DNA of 55,775 nucleotides, taken from NCBI GenBank assembly GCA_964562855.1, contig CAZLVB010000004.1, positions 1-55,775 of the forward strand. Direction: 5' to 3'. The position numbers were made by a program, and so were the translations under genes. This DNA is from an uncultured Gammaproteobacteria bacterium. GTDB lineage: Bacteria; Patescibacteriota; Microgenomatia; Curtissbacterales; GWA2-41-24. Shown here piece after piece: positions 1-7,211 of the stretch. The notes below the pieces were generated by a model. The model saw only the letters and a list, made by a program, of their open reading frames with translations, did no database searches and was not told the DNA's origin. Position 1 is the stretch's first letter, and each line of letters opens with the position of its first letter.

Positions 1-31
1 ATTGCCGAAATCGCAACCCCGGTGCTAATAT
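1..31 (+). repeat. Repeat family F1, copy 1 (window starts inside it)
   Basis: ATTGCCGAAATCGCAACCCCGGTGCTAATAT. The same unit recurs in the same orientation at 732-762, 1510-1540 and 2044-2074. It reads as a TTGCCG-N18-TAATAT promoter-like unit. Confidence 0.8.
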
Positions 32-47
32 ATTTAGAAATACACAA

Positions 48-76
48 TTGACATTATGACAAATTTGTCATAAAAT
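48..76 (+). promoter_or_regulatory. TTGACA box plus perfect 16-nt palindrome, probable TA operator
   Basis: TTGACA at 48-53. ATGACAAATTTGTCAT at 56-71 is a perfect palindrome ending 6 nt before the ATG at 78. A TAAAAT box lies at 71-76, which is too close to the ATG for a normal leader. Confidence 0.45.
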
Positions 77-77
77 T

Positions 78-374
78 ATGGAGTTAATAGTTGATAAGCG
101 CGTACAAGCGATTGTAGATAATCTAAGTGAGTTAGAACAGGGAAGAATTTTAGGATATCTTGACCTATTTACAGAGAAGAAATTTAGTCTTCCGGCCAAA
201 TATCTAAAAAAGCTTGATAGTAATTTATGGGAGCTGAGGCCTGGGAATATTCGACTACTAATTGGAAAGACAAGTGTTGGAATGATAGTTGTGAACGTCT
301 TTAAGAAGAAAAGTCAAAAGACTCCGAAAAATGAATTAAATACTGCAAAGAAGCGGCTTATGGAGTACAAATGA
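78..374 (+). CDS. Type II toxin, RelE/HigB-like (phage Gp49-like)
   Basis: 98 aa. Contains LWELRPGNIRLLIG and FKKKSQKTP...AKKRL motifs typical of Gp49/HigB-like toxins. Has an ATGA overlap with the downstream HTH gene. Confidence 0.75.
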   Translation: MELIVDKRVQAIVDNLSELEQGRILGYLDLFTEKKFSLPAKYLKKLDSNLWELRPGNIRLLIGKTSVGMIVVNVFKKKSQKTPKNELNTAKKRLMEYK

Positions 375-670
375 TGAAGAAACCACCCTATATCACGCAC
401 GAACAATTTAGAAAAAGACTTCTCGCAAAACCAGGAGTCAGAAGGGCATATGAGGAGCTTCAGCCAGAATTTGCAATTGTCAGGGCAATTGTAGAGGCTC
501 GGGCTAAAAAAAATATTTCGCAAGAGGAATTGGCCAAAAGAATGGGGACAGGACAAGCGGTTATTTCCAGACTTGAAGGTGCAAATGCCAGCCCTTCGCT
601 TTCGCTAATAAAGAGACTGGCAAACGCCCTTAACCTCAAAGTAGAGCTACGGTTTACACCTAAAAATTAG
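371..670 (+). CDS. XRE-family HTH antitoxin (HigA-like)
   Basis: 99 aa. ISQEELAKRMGTGQAVISRLE is a helix-turn-helix. Toxin-first gene order and a 4-nt overlap with the toxin. Confidence 0.8.
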   Translation: MMKKPPYITHEQFRKRLLAKPGVRRAYEELQPEFAIVRAIVEARAKKNISQEELAKRMGTGQAVISRLEGANASPSLSLIKRLANALNLKVELRFTPKN

Positions 671-682
671 CTCACAAAAAAA

Positions 683-765
683 GTAAAACAAAAATTCTTC
701 TCGGCAGCCTAAGCAAAACCAAGCCGGAAAAATTGCCGAAATCCTTATCCCGGTGATATTATTTA
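683..765 (+). repeat. Extended F1 repeat (about 83 nt), copy 2, including a relic gene 3' end
   Basis: Near-identical to 1993-2076. Positions 683-715 translate as VKQKFFSAA-stop, the same C-terminus as the CDS at 1807-2022, but here it is non-coding. Confidence 0.85.
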
Positions 766-809
766 AATCCTGACTAAACCTGACTTACGAAATCATAAAA
801 AGCCTAACC

Positions 810-835
810 TTGACAAAAAGTAACTTATAAGTTAC
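810..835 (+). promoter_or_regulatory. TTGACA box plus perfect 16-nt palindrome, probable TA operator
   Basis: TTGACA at 810-815. GTAACTTATAAGTTAC at 820-835 is a perfect palindrome ending 3 nt before the ATG at 839. Same architecture as 48-76 with a different sequence. Confidence 0.45.
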
Positions 836-838
836 CAT

Positions 839-1153
839 ATGAGCAAGAATATATTTATGGATAAGAACGCCGAAAAGGAATTAAGAGCCTTCGGCGAAGA
901 GGTACAGCTAGAGTTTGAGGCATATTTTAAAATCTTAGAACTCGAGGGCAAACTTGGTTTTCCGCAAGCCAGGAAAATCACAAGAGATATATTTGAAATT
1001 AGAATCAAACTAAAAGGAGAATATCGAGGTTTTTATGCGTATATTGGCAAGCAAGATATTGTAATTTTGCATTTCTTTCGAAAAAAGACGCAGAAAACAC
1101 CACTTAAAGATTTAGACTTGGCTCAAAGGAGGTTAAGAATTTATGAATCGTAA
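839..1153 (+). CDS. Type II toxin, RelE/HigB-like (phage Gp49-like), paralog of 78-374
   Basis: 104 aa. Contains IFEIRIK...GEYRGFYAY...ILHFFRKKTQKTP...AQRRL, and overlaps the downstream HTH gene. Confidence 0.75.
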   Translation: MSKNIFMDKNAEKELRAFGEEVQLEFEAYFKILELEGKLGFPQARKITRDIFEIRIKLKGEYRGFYAYIGKQDIVILHFFRKKTQKTPLKDLDLAQRRLRIYES

Positions 1154-1448
1154 AATTAACCAGGCTGTCAAAAGAGGAGAACTTATTGCCTATGCTGAGC
1201 TTTTTGCAAAGTATCCCAAAAAACGCCAGCAAGAGATTCTGGAACGGGCAAGATACTTGAAAGCGGCAATGGAACTTAAAAAATTAAGAAAACTGCTCAA
1301 GATTTCCCAAAACGAGCTTGCCCGCAAAATGAAAGTAAAAAGAGAGTTCATCACCAGAATTGAAAGCGGAGAGCAAAATATAACTCTAGAAACTTTAAAT
1401 AGAATAGCCGAGGCAACAGGCAAAGAGTTCGAATTCCGTTTTAAATAA
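1143..1448 (+). CDS. XRE-family HTH antitoxin
   Basis: 101 aa. ISQNELARKMKVKREFITRIESGEQNITLETLNRIA is a helix-turn-helix. Confidence 0.8.
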   Translation: MNRKINQAVKRGELIAYAELFAKYPKKRQQEILERARYLKAAMELKKLRKLLKISQNELARKMKVKREFITRIESGEQNITLETLNRIAEATGKEFEFRFK

Positions 1449-1509
1449 TTGCTTTTCAATCCCCGAATTATCGACCCTGTTGGATAAATAGAAACACAAT
1501 TAAGCTCTG

Positions 1510-1540
1510 ATTGCCGAAATACTTATTGCGGTGATATTAT
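1510..1540 (+). repeat. Repeat family F1, copy 3
   Basis: ATTGCCGAAATACTTATTGCGGTGATATTAT, 18 nt upstream of the ATG at 1559. Confidence 0.8.
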
Positions 1541-1558
1541 TTTTCTAGTTCTAAAACT

Positions 1559-1810
1559 ATGAAAATTTTTTACACCAAACATGCCGAAGACAAACTTAAA
1601 AGAAGGGATATCAAAAGTTTTAAGATTACTAAAAAATTAATTGATGCGATATTATCAAAATCGCAGCATGAATCAAGAACAAAATACGGGGATTATTCTA
1701 TGTCGGAAAGCGTTGACGATAGGCATGATGTGAGAATAGTTTATGATATAATTGGCAAAGATTTGAAAGTTATAACTTTTCATATATCAAGGAAGGGGCG
1801 ATATAAATGA
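1559..1810 (+). CDS. Small putative toxin (DUF4258-like)
   Basis: 83 aa starting MKIFYTKHAEDKLKRRDI, typical of DUF4258-type proteins. Has an ATGA overlap with the DUF2283-like partner. Confidence 0.5.
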   Translation: MKIFYTKHAEDKLKRRDIKSFKITKKLIDAILSKSQHESRTKYGDYSMSESVDDRHDVRIVYDIIGKDLKVITFHISRKGRYK

Positions 1811-2022
1811 AGATCAAATATTACAAGAATGACGACATTTTGGTACTGAAATTTTCAAGTGAAGACGTTGATGACTCTTTCGAAATAGAAAATGCTATAC
1901 TGGAAGTTGATAGCAAAAATAATCCCGTAAACTTGGAGATTTTGCATGCTTCCAAGTTTTTTAACATAGCTTCAAAAGAATTGCCTCGCGAAGTTAAACA
2001 GAAATTCTTCTCAGCAGCCTAA
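1807..2022 (+). CDS. DUF2283-like small protein (putative antitoxin partner)
   Basis: 71 aa. Contains MKIKYYKNDDILVLKFS...LEIL, a DUF2283-like beta-rich pattern. Translationally coupled to 1559-1810. Confidence 0.55.
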   Translation: MKIKYYKNDDILVLKFSSEDVDDSFEIENAILEVDSKNNPVNLEILHASKFFNIASKELPREVKQKFFSAA

Positions 2023-2076
2023 GCAAAACCAAGCCGGAAAAAGATTGCCGAAATCCTTATCCCGGTGCTATTATTC
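1993..2076 (+). repeat. Extended F1 repeat, copy 4
   Basis: Matches 683-765 with a few substitutions and a 2-nt indel. Its first 30 nt are the real 3' end of CDS 1807-2022. Confidence 0.85.
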
Positions 2077-2127
2077 GAGCGAAAGCGAGAATAACATCGA
2101 CGAAGTTGTTATTATTAAGCCCATAAA

Positions 2128-2829
2128 ATGACTGCAAGAGACGATATTTTGTCATACCGTGAAATGTGTGATGCAGAAAATGTGCAAACGTTACAACGAG
2201 GAATGAACTTTCGATTAGATCCTCGATATTCTGTAATTCTTATGTCTCAAAGAACAAATGCTCCTTATAAAGACAAGATTTATGAAGATGGAACTACAAT
2301 TGAATACGAAGGACATGACGTGCCCAAAAAAGGCTACATGCATAATCCTAAACAAGAGGATCAACCCGAAACGCTTCCTTCTGGAAAGTTAACCCAGAAC
2401 GGGTTATTTGTTAAGACTATAAATGAATTTAAAAGTGGAGAAAGAGAGGCGGAGCTGGTAAAAGTTTATGAAAAAATTTTGCCAGGCGTCTGGTCGCTAA
2501 AAGGAATTTTTGAACTAGTTAATTACAAAGTGGTGAATGATGGCAGAAGAAATGTTTTTAGATACATTTTGAAACTAACGAATGTCGAAACTTTAGAGGG
2601 AAAAAAGCCAGAGAATATTGAAATTGCTCACAATAGAATAATTCCTTCCGAAGTAAAAAAAGAGGTCTGGAAAAGAGATAATGGTCAATGTGTGCTATGT
2701 AATTCAAAACAAAACCTGCACTTTGACCACGACCTTCCATTTTCAAAAGGAGGAACAAGCTTGACGGTAAAAAATGTAAGATTGTTATGCATGAAACATA
2801 ATTTGCAAAAATCGGCAAAAATTGAATAG
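2128..2829 (+). CDS. HNH endonuclease with N-terminal SRA/YDG-like domain (candidate modification-dependent nuclease)
   Basis: 233 aa. The C-terminus CVLCNSKQNLHFDHDLPFSKGG...NVRLLCMKHNLQK is an HNH motif. The N-terminus YSVILMSQ..APYKDKIYEDGTTIEYEGHD...DQ...N resembles an SRA-fold layout. Confidence 0.6.
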   Translation: MTARDDILSYREMCDAENVQTLQRGMNFRLDPRYSVILMSQRTNAPYKDKIYEDGTTIEYEGHDVPKKGYMHNPKQEDQPETLPSGKLTQNGLFVKTINEFKSGEREAELVKVYEKILPGVWSLKGIFELVNYKVVNDGRRNVFRYILKLTNVETLEGKKPENIEIAHNRIIPSEVKKEVWKRDNGQCVLCNSKQNLHFDHDLPFSKGGTSLTVKNVRLLCMKHNLQKSAKIE

Positions 2830-3183
2830 ATGAATATAAAAAAACTTCAAAAGCGAGTAGTTGATTTTAGAAATAAGCGGGGTTGGAAACAATTTCACAG
2901 ACCAAAAGATATGGCCCTTTCTTTAACCTTGGAAGCAGCGGAGGTTTTGGAACATTTCCAGTGGAAAGACGAAAAAGAAATTGAACAATATCTCGAAAAA
3001 GCAAAGAATAAAAAGGCACTAGCAGAAGAAATTTGCGACGTTCTGTTTTGGATTTTAACGATGGCCCACGATTTAAAAATCGATATCCCAAAATCATTTG
3101 AGCAAAAGATGAAAAAGAACGAGAGACGTTATCCAGTTGCCAAGGTCAAAGGCAAAAGCAAAAAATATAATCAGTACTACTAG
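2830..3183 (+). CDS. MazG-like all-alpha nucleotide pyrophosphohydrolase (dCTPase-like)
   Basis: 117 aa. Contains RGWKQFH.PKD.ALSLTLEAAEVLEHFQWK and EEICDVLFWIL. Its ATG immediately follows the HNH stop codon. Confidence 0.75.
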   Translation: MNIKKLQKRVVDFRNKRGWKQFHRPKDMALSLTLEAAEVLEHFQWKDEKEIEQYLEKAKNKKALAEEICDVLFWILTMAHDLKIDIPKSFEQKMKKNERRYPVAKVKGKSKKYNQYY

Positions 3184-3200
3184 AATAAAATAAGAAAGTC

Positions 3201-3935
3201 ATGAAAAAATCCCTTACCATTCATGATTTACCAAAGGAAGAGCGACCGCGTGAAAGGTTAGAGAAATATGGAGTAGAAAATCTGTCAGCTCAAGAATTGA
3301 TAGCTTTGATTTTGGGACGAGGTGTAAGAGGTGAATCAGTTATGATTACTGCGCAAAAACTACTTTCAAAATTCGGTTTACAAGGACTTAAGGAAGCCTC
3401 GCTTGAAGATTTAAAAGAAATTAAAGGCTTAGGCAATGCAAAGTCCGCACAAATAACTGCATGTGTCGAGATAGCAAGACGTATCAACGACTATGAACTT
3501 TCGCAAGCAACTAAAGTCCAAGGTATGAAGGCTCTTTCTCCGCAAGATGTATATATGCTGTTGAAACCAAAAATTAAGAATTTGACCAAAGAGCACTTTT
3601 TAACACTTTCATTTGATATCCGAAATCATCTTTTGGGTGTAGACACAATTTCAATTGGTACCCTTACGGATAATCTGGTCCATCCACGCGAAACTTTTGA
3701 AGCGGCTATTCGGCGACACGCAGCCAAAATTATAATAGCTCACAATCACCCTTCCGGAGACTCATCCCCCAGTAGCGAAGATGATCAGGTTACAAAGCAG
3801 ATCATTGAAGCGGGGCAAATTTTGAGTATTATGGTAATTGATCATGTCATCCTTTCAAGAAATGGATACTACAGCTATGCAAGTGCGAAACCTAACTTGT
3901 TTAAAAAAATGAGTGATATAAAACTCTCGCGATAA
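3201..3935 (+). CDS. radC: RadC-like JAB/MPN domain protein
   Basis: 244 aa. N-terminal HhH region (ELIALILGRG...LKEIKGLGNAKSAQI) and the JAMM motif HNHPSGDSSPSSED. Confidence 0.85.
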   Translation: MKKSLTIHDLPKEERPRERLEKYGVENLSAQELIALILGRGVRGESVMITAQKLLSKFGLQGLKEASLEDLKEIKGLGNAKSAQITACVEIARRINDYELSQATKVQGMKALSPQDVYMLLKPKIKNLTKEHFLTLSFDIRNHLLGVDTISIGTLTDNLVHPRETFEAAIRRHAAKIIIAHNHPSGDSSPSSEDDQVTKQIIEAGQILSIMVIDHVILSRNGYYSYASAKPNLFKKMSDIKLSR

Positions 3936-3948
3936 AATATATCAATTC

Positions 3949-5076
3949 ATGGATTTCAATTCAGTACTAAAAACAAAAAGTTTTTTAAGATTTACAGGCC
4001 CCCCGGAACATTGGTTAACAGCTGTGAAATTTATGACTTGGGGACTTGAAGCAGATTTAAGAGATCGATGGTTAAGGATTAGACCAGGAGATATATTTTT
4101 TGTTCATAGCACTCAAAATTCGGCTTTTAAAAATGCGAAATCAGGTATTATAGGACTGGGTGTCGTGGGACCAGGTTTTTCTGAAAAAAAGAATCCCTTA
4201 TGGTTTTATGAAACAACAAAAAATATTAACCGATGGCCGCTCCTTGTACCCCTATCAGAAGTTTACCTCTTTAGCGAGTTGCCATCCCCGAACACCTGGG
4301 AAAATCCTTCACAGCATAATATTGCCGGAACGGAAAGATTGATAGATAAGTTACTTGCAAATTATATTCCCCTAAGGCAAATTCCGGGATTTCCTCAAAT
4401 GGGTAGTTTTTCATCAGTTAAGCCCGAAGTCGCCAACAGAATACTTTTTGATAAAAAACCACTTTATCTCTATTCTGGTTATGAAGAATTGGGCGTAGCG
4501 CCTGGAAAGCCAGTGGTACAAATAAAAACTGAAGACGTAGATAGACAATTAGACGAAATAAAAAGTGCAACTGAAGCTTTGCGCTATGCAGATACTTTAA
4601 AGATTTTTGATAGTGTTAGGGCACGAATCATCAAGGAACCCACATCTCAATACACTAGGGATAATGAAATTCTTGACCGTGCCAATTCAGTTCACGCTTC
4701 AATTTTACAACAGCTTATCGATCTATTTCGGAAACATGGGTATGATACAAGGTCTAGTCGTACTGTTGATCTTTTCGCACACAACGAAAAGAATGCGTTT
4801 CTCTTTGAAGTTAAAAGTACAGAAAGTAGAAACTTTCGTACTCAAGCAAGAAAAGGTATTGCCCAACTTTTTGAATACGAATATTTTGATGTCCAGAAAT
4901 TTTCGCAAGATAATAATTTAACATTTGAAGATAAGTATAAGTTAATTATTCCGTCGCAAACCCCTAAGGATACCCGTTATGTGGACTTTATTAATAGTTT
5001 GAAGATAGGTGTTGCGCTGGTGAGCGAGAATAGTCTGAAGCCAGTTGGAGAAGACCTAGGCTTTTCTAAAATTTAA
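3949..5076 (+). CDS. EVE/PUA-like domain fused to a PD-(D/E)xK nuclease-like domain
   Basis: 375 aa. The N-terminus HWLTAVKFMTWGL...IRPGDIFFVHST...GIIGLGVV is EVE-like. The C-terminus VDLFAH...FLFEVKS...QLFEY is a D..ExK nuclease motif. Confidence 0.55.
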   Translation: MDFNSVLKTKSFLRFTGPPEHWLTAVKFMTWGLEADLRDRWLRIRPGDIFFVHSTQNSAFKNAKSGIIGLGVVGPGFSEKKNPLWFYETTKNINRWPLLVPLSEVYLFSELPSPNTWENPSQHNIAGTERLIDKLLANYIPLRQIPGFPQMGSFSSVKPEVANRILFDKKPLYLYSGYEELGVAPGKPVVQIKTEDVDRQLDEIKSATEALRYADTLKIFDSVRARIIKEPTSQYTRDNEILDRANSVHASILQQLIDLFRKHGYDTRSSRTVDLFAHNEKNAFLFEVKSTESRNFRTQARKGIAQLFEYEYFDVQKFSQDNNLTFEDKYKLIIPSQTPKDTRYVDFINSLKIGVALVSENSLKPVGEDLGFSKI

Positions 5077-5141
5077 TTTTTGCGAATGAAAAGGGAATTG
5101 GAAAGATAAACCATCCATTTTATAAACTCTACTGCCTTACT

Positions 5142-5165
5142 CCGGAAGAAATTAAAATTGTGGAG
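5142..5165 (+). repeat. Repeat family F2, degenerate copy
   Basis: CCGGAAGAAATTAAAATTGTGGAGG, to be compared with CCCGGGGAAATTGCAATTGTGGAGG at 7130-7157. Confidence 0.55.
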
Positions 5166-5198
5166 GAAAAAAGTTACAAAAAGCTTTTAATATAAACA

Positions 5199-5492
5199 TT
5201 ACGGGTTAGTATACCCACTTTTTTTGTAGGAATATACTATTCTGCTTGTGTAATCTCCTCCACCGCTTCCGCCATCACAACCTAGACCAAGAAAGTATTT
5301 TTCAATATCACGGGCTGCTTGATTTGAATCAGCTTCACGAAAAATCCAGCCTTGGCCATTTTCATAAACGCCATGATCAATAAATAACCGTTGTTTGACA
5401 TCTGATGTTATACCAACGTACCAATCCCTATATTGGCCGCCGTTTTTAGCCATGTAATTTGAAATATCATTAATGATTAGCTGCATGCCCAT
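5199..5492 (-). CDS. Small GIY-YIG-like protein
   Basis: 97 aa. WYVGITSDVKQRLFIDHGV resembles the GIY-YIG core (YVGxT...R...H). The C-terminus is Gly-rich. Confidence 0.4.
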   Translation of the reverse strand: MGMQLIINDISNYMAKNGGQYRDWYVGITSDVKQRLFIDHGVYENGQGWIFREADSNQAARDIEKYFLGLGCDGGSGGGDYTSRIVYSYKKSGYTNP

Positions 5493-5578
5493 TATTCAAC
5501 CTCCTTCCCAGTAAATTCTAGAACAGATTTAACTAAAAATCAAAGAAAACGCAATAGTACAGTACTTTTTTATCAGGC

Positions 5579-5606
5579 TTGACAAAGAGAAAGTTTAGAA
5601 TATAAT
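5579..5606 (+). promoter_or_regulatory. Sigma70-like promoter
   Basis: TTGACA (5579-5584), a 16-nt spacer, then TATAAT (5601-5606), 9 nt upstream of the ATG at 5616. Confidence 0.55.
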
Positions 5607-5615
5607 AAATGTAAT

Positions 5616-6059
5616 ATGTCAAGCGAATATAAACTTACAAAATTTACAAGTGTGGGCTCAAGGGTTGGAAATTACTTTATCAGCTTCAACAAATCTGGTC
5701 TGATATTGTCTAGCGGCTTTTATTTGCGCGAGGGGATTAAAAACTTCTCAAGAGTGGTTTTGTACTTTGATAAAAATAAAAAAGCTATTGCAATACAATT
5801 TAGTAAAGATAATAACGTTGAAGGTGGTTTTACGCTGGTCCACAGCAACAATAGAACTACTGGAAGCGTTTCCGCACGTTCATTTATTCTTACCCACGGC
5901 CTAAATGACCCCAAATACTTTGGAAGATTTGTTCCCCAAAAAATCAATTATGAAGAAGCTGGTGAGTTATTCGTTATTGATTTGCCAACCGGGGATCAAG
6001 TTAAAAATGAAGCTACCCCAAGTGCGGATGCGTCGATTGAAGAGGCTCTACCTCAATAA
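5616..6059 (+). CDS. Hypothetical protein
   Basis: 147-aa ORF with a consensus promoter just upstream. No family recognised. Confidence 0.5.
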   Translation: MSSEYKLTKFTSVGSRVGNYFISFNKSGLILSSGFYLREGIKNFSRVVLYFDKNKKAIAIQFSKDNNVEGGFTLVHSNNRTTGSVSARSFILTHGLNDPKYFGRFVPQKINYEEAGELFVIDLPTGDQVKNEATPSADASIEEALPQ

Positions 6060-6180
6060 TATCGGTAGCTAACGCAGGCAAAAGCCACGCCTAAAAACTG
6101 CGCTTGGGGTGGTCTCTAATTGAATATTACCAAAATTAATGAATGTTGGACAGTACCTGGGAAGGGTGGTGAAAGTTAAT

Positions 6181-6318
6181 ATGCAACATTCGAAGAGCTA
6201 TATTCAATCAGAAGACGCCAGAGAAGCCATTGGCTACTTATATAATGAAATTGAAGCCCTCGAACATAAAATAAGAGATCTTGAATACGAAATCGATAAA
6301 TTAAAATCTAGTCAATAA
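6181..6318 (+). CDS. Possible small coiled-coil protein (below ORF-track cutoff)
   Basis: 45 codons: MQHSKSYIQSEDAREAIGYLYNEIEALEHKIRDLEYEIDKLKSSQ. Heptad-like. An in-frame GTG at 6169 is an alternative start. Confidence 0.3.
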   Translation: MQHSKSYIQSEDAREAIGYLYNEIEALEHKIRDLEYEIDKLKSSQ

Positions 6319-6380
6319 AGTTACGATAACGATCGCATTTGACTTCCGAGAGTTACGTCTTTTATATTAACTAATCTAAA

Positions 6381-7067
6381 ATGAACAACGGTCTTTTTAA
6401 ATTAAGTCCTTCCGACTTTAGGTATTTATGGGAGGATTGCAAACATTGTTTTTACCTAAAAGTAAACAAAGGGATTAACCAGCCAAGTATTGGAATCCCC
6501 GGTGTTTTTATGAAGATGAATTCCCTTTTGCAGAAGGATATTGAGGGAGTGAATTTGAAAGATATTAATCCAAATTTGCCATCTGGGGTGATCGAAACGA
6601 AAGAAGGTTACTTAAAATCCAAACCTATACCTCCGGCAAACAATAGTTATATAAGCGGACGCTTTGATATTATTTCAAAACTTGATGATGGCAGTTATGC
6701 AATTATTGATTTCAAAATATCCGATCCGGTAGAAGAAAAAGTTCAAAAATTCACACACCAGCTTCATGCCTATAAATTTGCAATAGAGAATCCCTTGGAA
6801 GGTGAGGGAAGAAATGTAAGCAAGATGGGTTTGGTGATAGTTTCTCCCGAACAAATTGGCTTCAAAAATGGGTTTGTTTATTTTAAATCTACGCCTCAAT
6901 GGTTTGAAATAAAAGAAGACATGGACGGTTTTTTAAATTTTATTGGGGGTGTGAATGAGGTTTTAAACGGTAAACCGCCGCAACCTACACCCGAATGTAA
7001 ATGGTGCATATATCGTACATATTTTGAACCAAAGGAGGCTATTGATTCAGACGAACTCCCGTTTTAA
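6381..7067 (+). CDS. PD-(D/E)xK nuclease, Cas4/RecB-like with Cys cluster
   Basis: 228 aa. CKHC lies near the N-terminus and CKWC near the C-terminus. D...IIDFK is a nuclease motif, and a QLHAYKF (QxxxY) motif is present. Confidence 0.65.
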   Translation: MNNGLFKLSPSDFRYLWEDCKHCFYLKVNKGINQPSIGIPGVFMKMNSLLQKDIEGVNLKDINPNLPSGVIETKEGYLKSKPIPPANNSYISGRFDIISKLDDGSYAIIDFKISDPVEEKVQKFTHQLHAYKFAIENPLEGEGRNVSKMGLVIVSPEQIGFKNGFVYFKSTPQWFEIKEDMDGFLNFIGGVNEVLNGKPPQPTPECKWCIYRTYFEPKEAIDSDELPF

Positions 7068-7129
7068 TTTAAAAAACACTAGCCACCTTCAATGTGAACT
7101 GTGTTGACACCAAGCCTAATTTGGTCACA

Positions 7130-7157
7130 CGTCCCGGGGAAATTGCAATTGTGGAGG
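7130..7157 (+). repeat. Repeat family F2
   Basis: CGTCCCGGGGAAATTGCAATTGTGGAGG. Related copies lie at 7798-7833 and 9222-9259. Confidence 0.8.
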
Positions 7158-7211
7158 GGCGGAATATAATTTAAGAATTAAACTTTATTATATTTTCTTT
7201 TTGAAGTCTCC

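Noticed and set aside
48-76. Calling TTGACA-N17-TAAAAT a functional promoter for the ATG at 78
   Set aside because: The -10 box would end 1 nt before the start codon, which is incompatible with either a leadered or a typical leaderless transcript. It is kept only as a possible operator region.
1-2127. Possibility that the regularly spaced F1 repeats form a CRISPR array or classical integron attC sites
   Set aside because: The spacing is 530-780 nt and the intervals contain complete genes, so this is not a CRISPR array. The F1 unit lacks the imperfect inverted-repeat R''/L''-L'/R' structure and the GTTRRRY core of attC sites, and no intI is visible. It is reported only as a boundary repeat.
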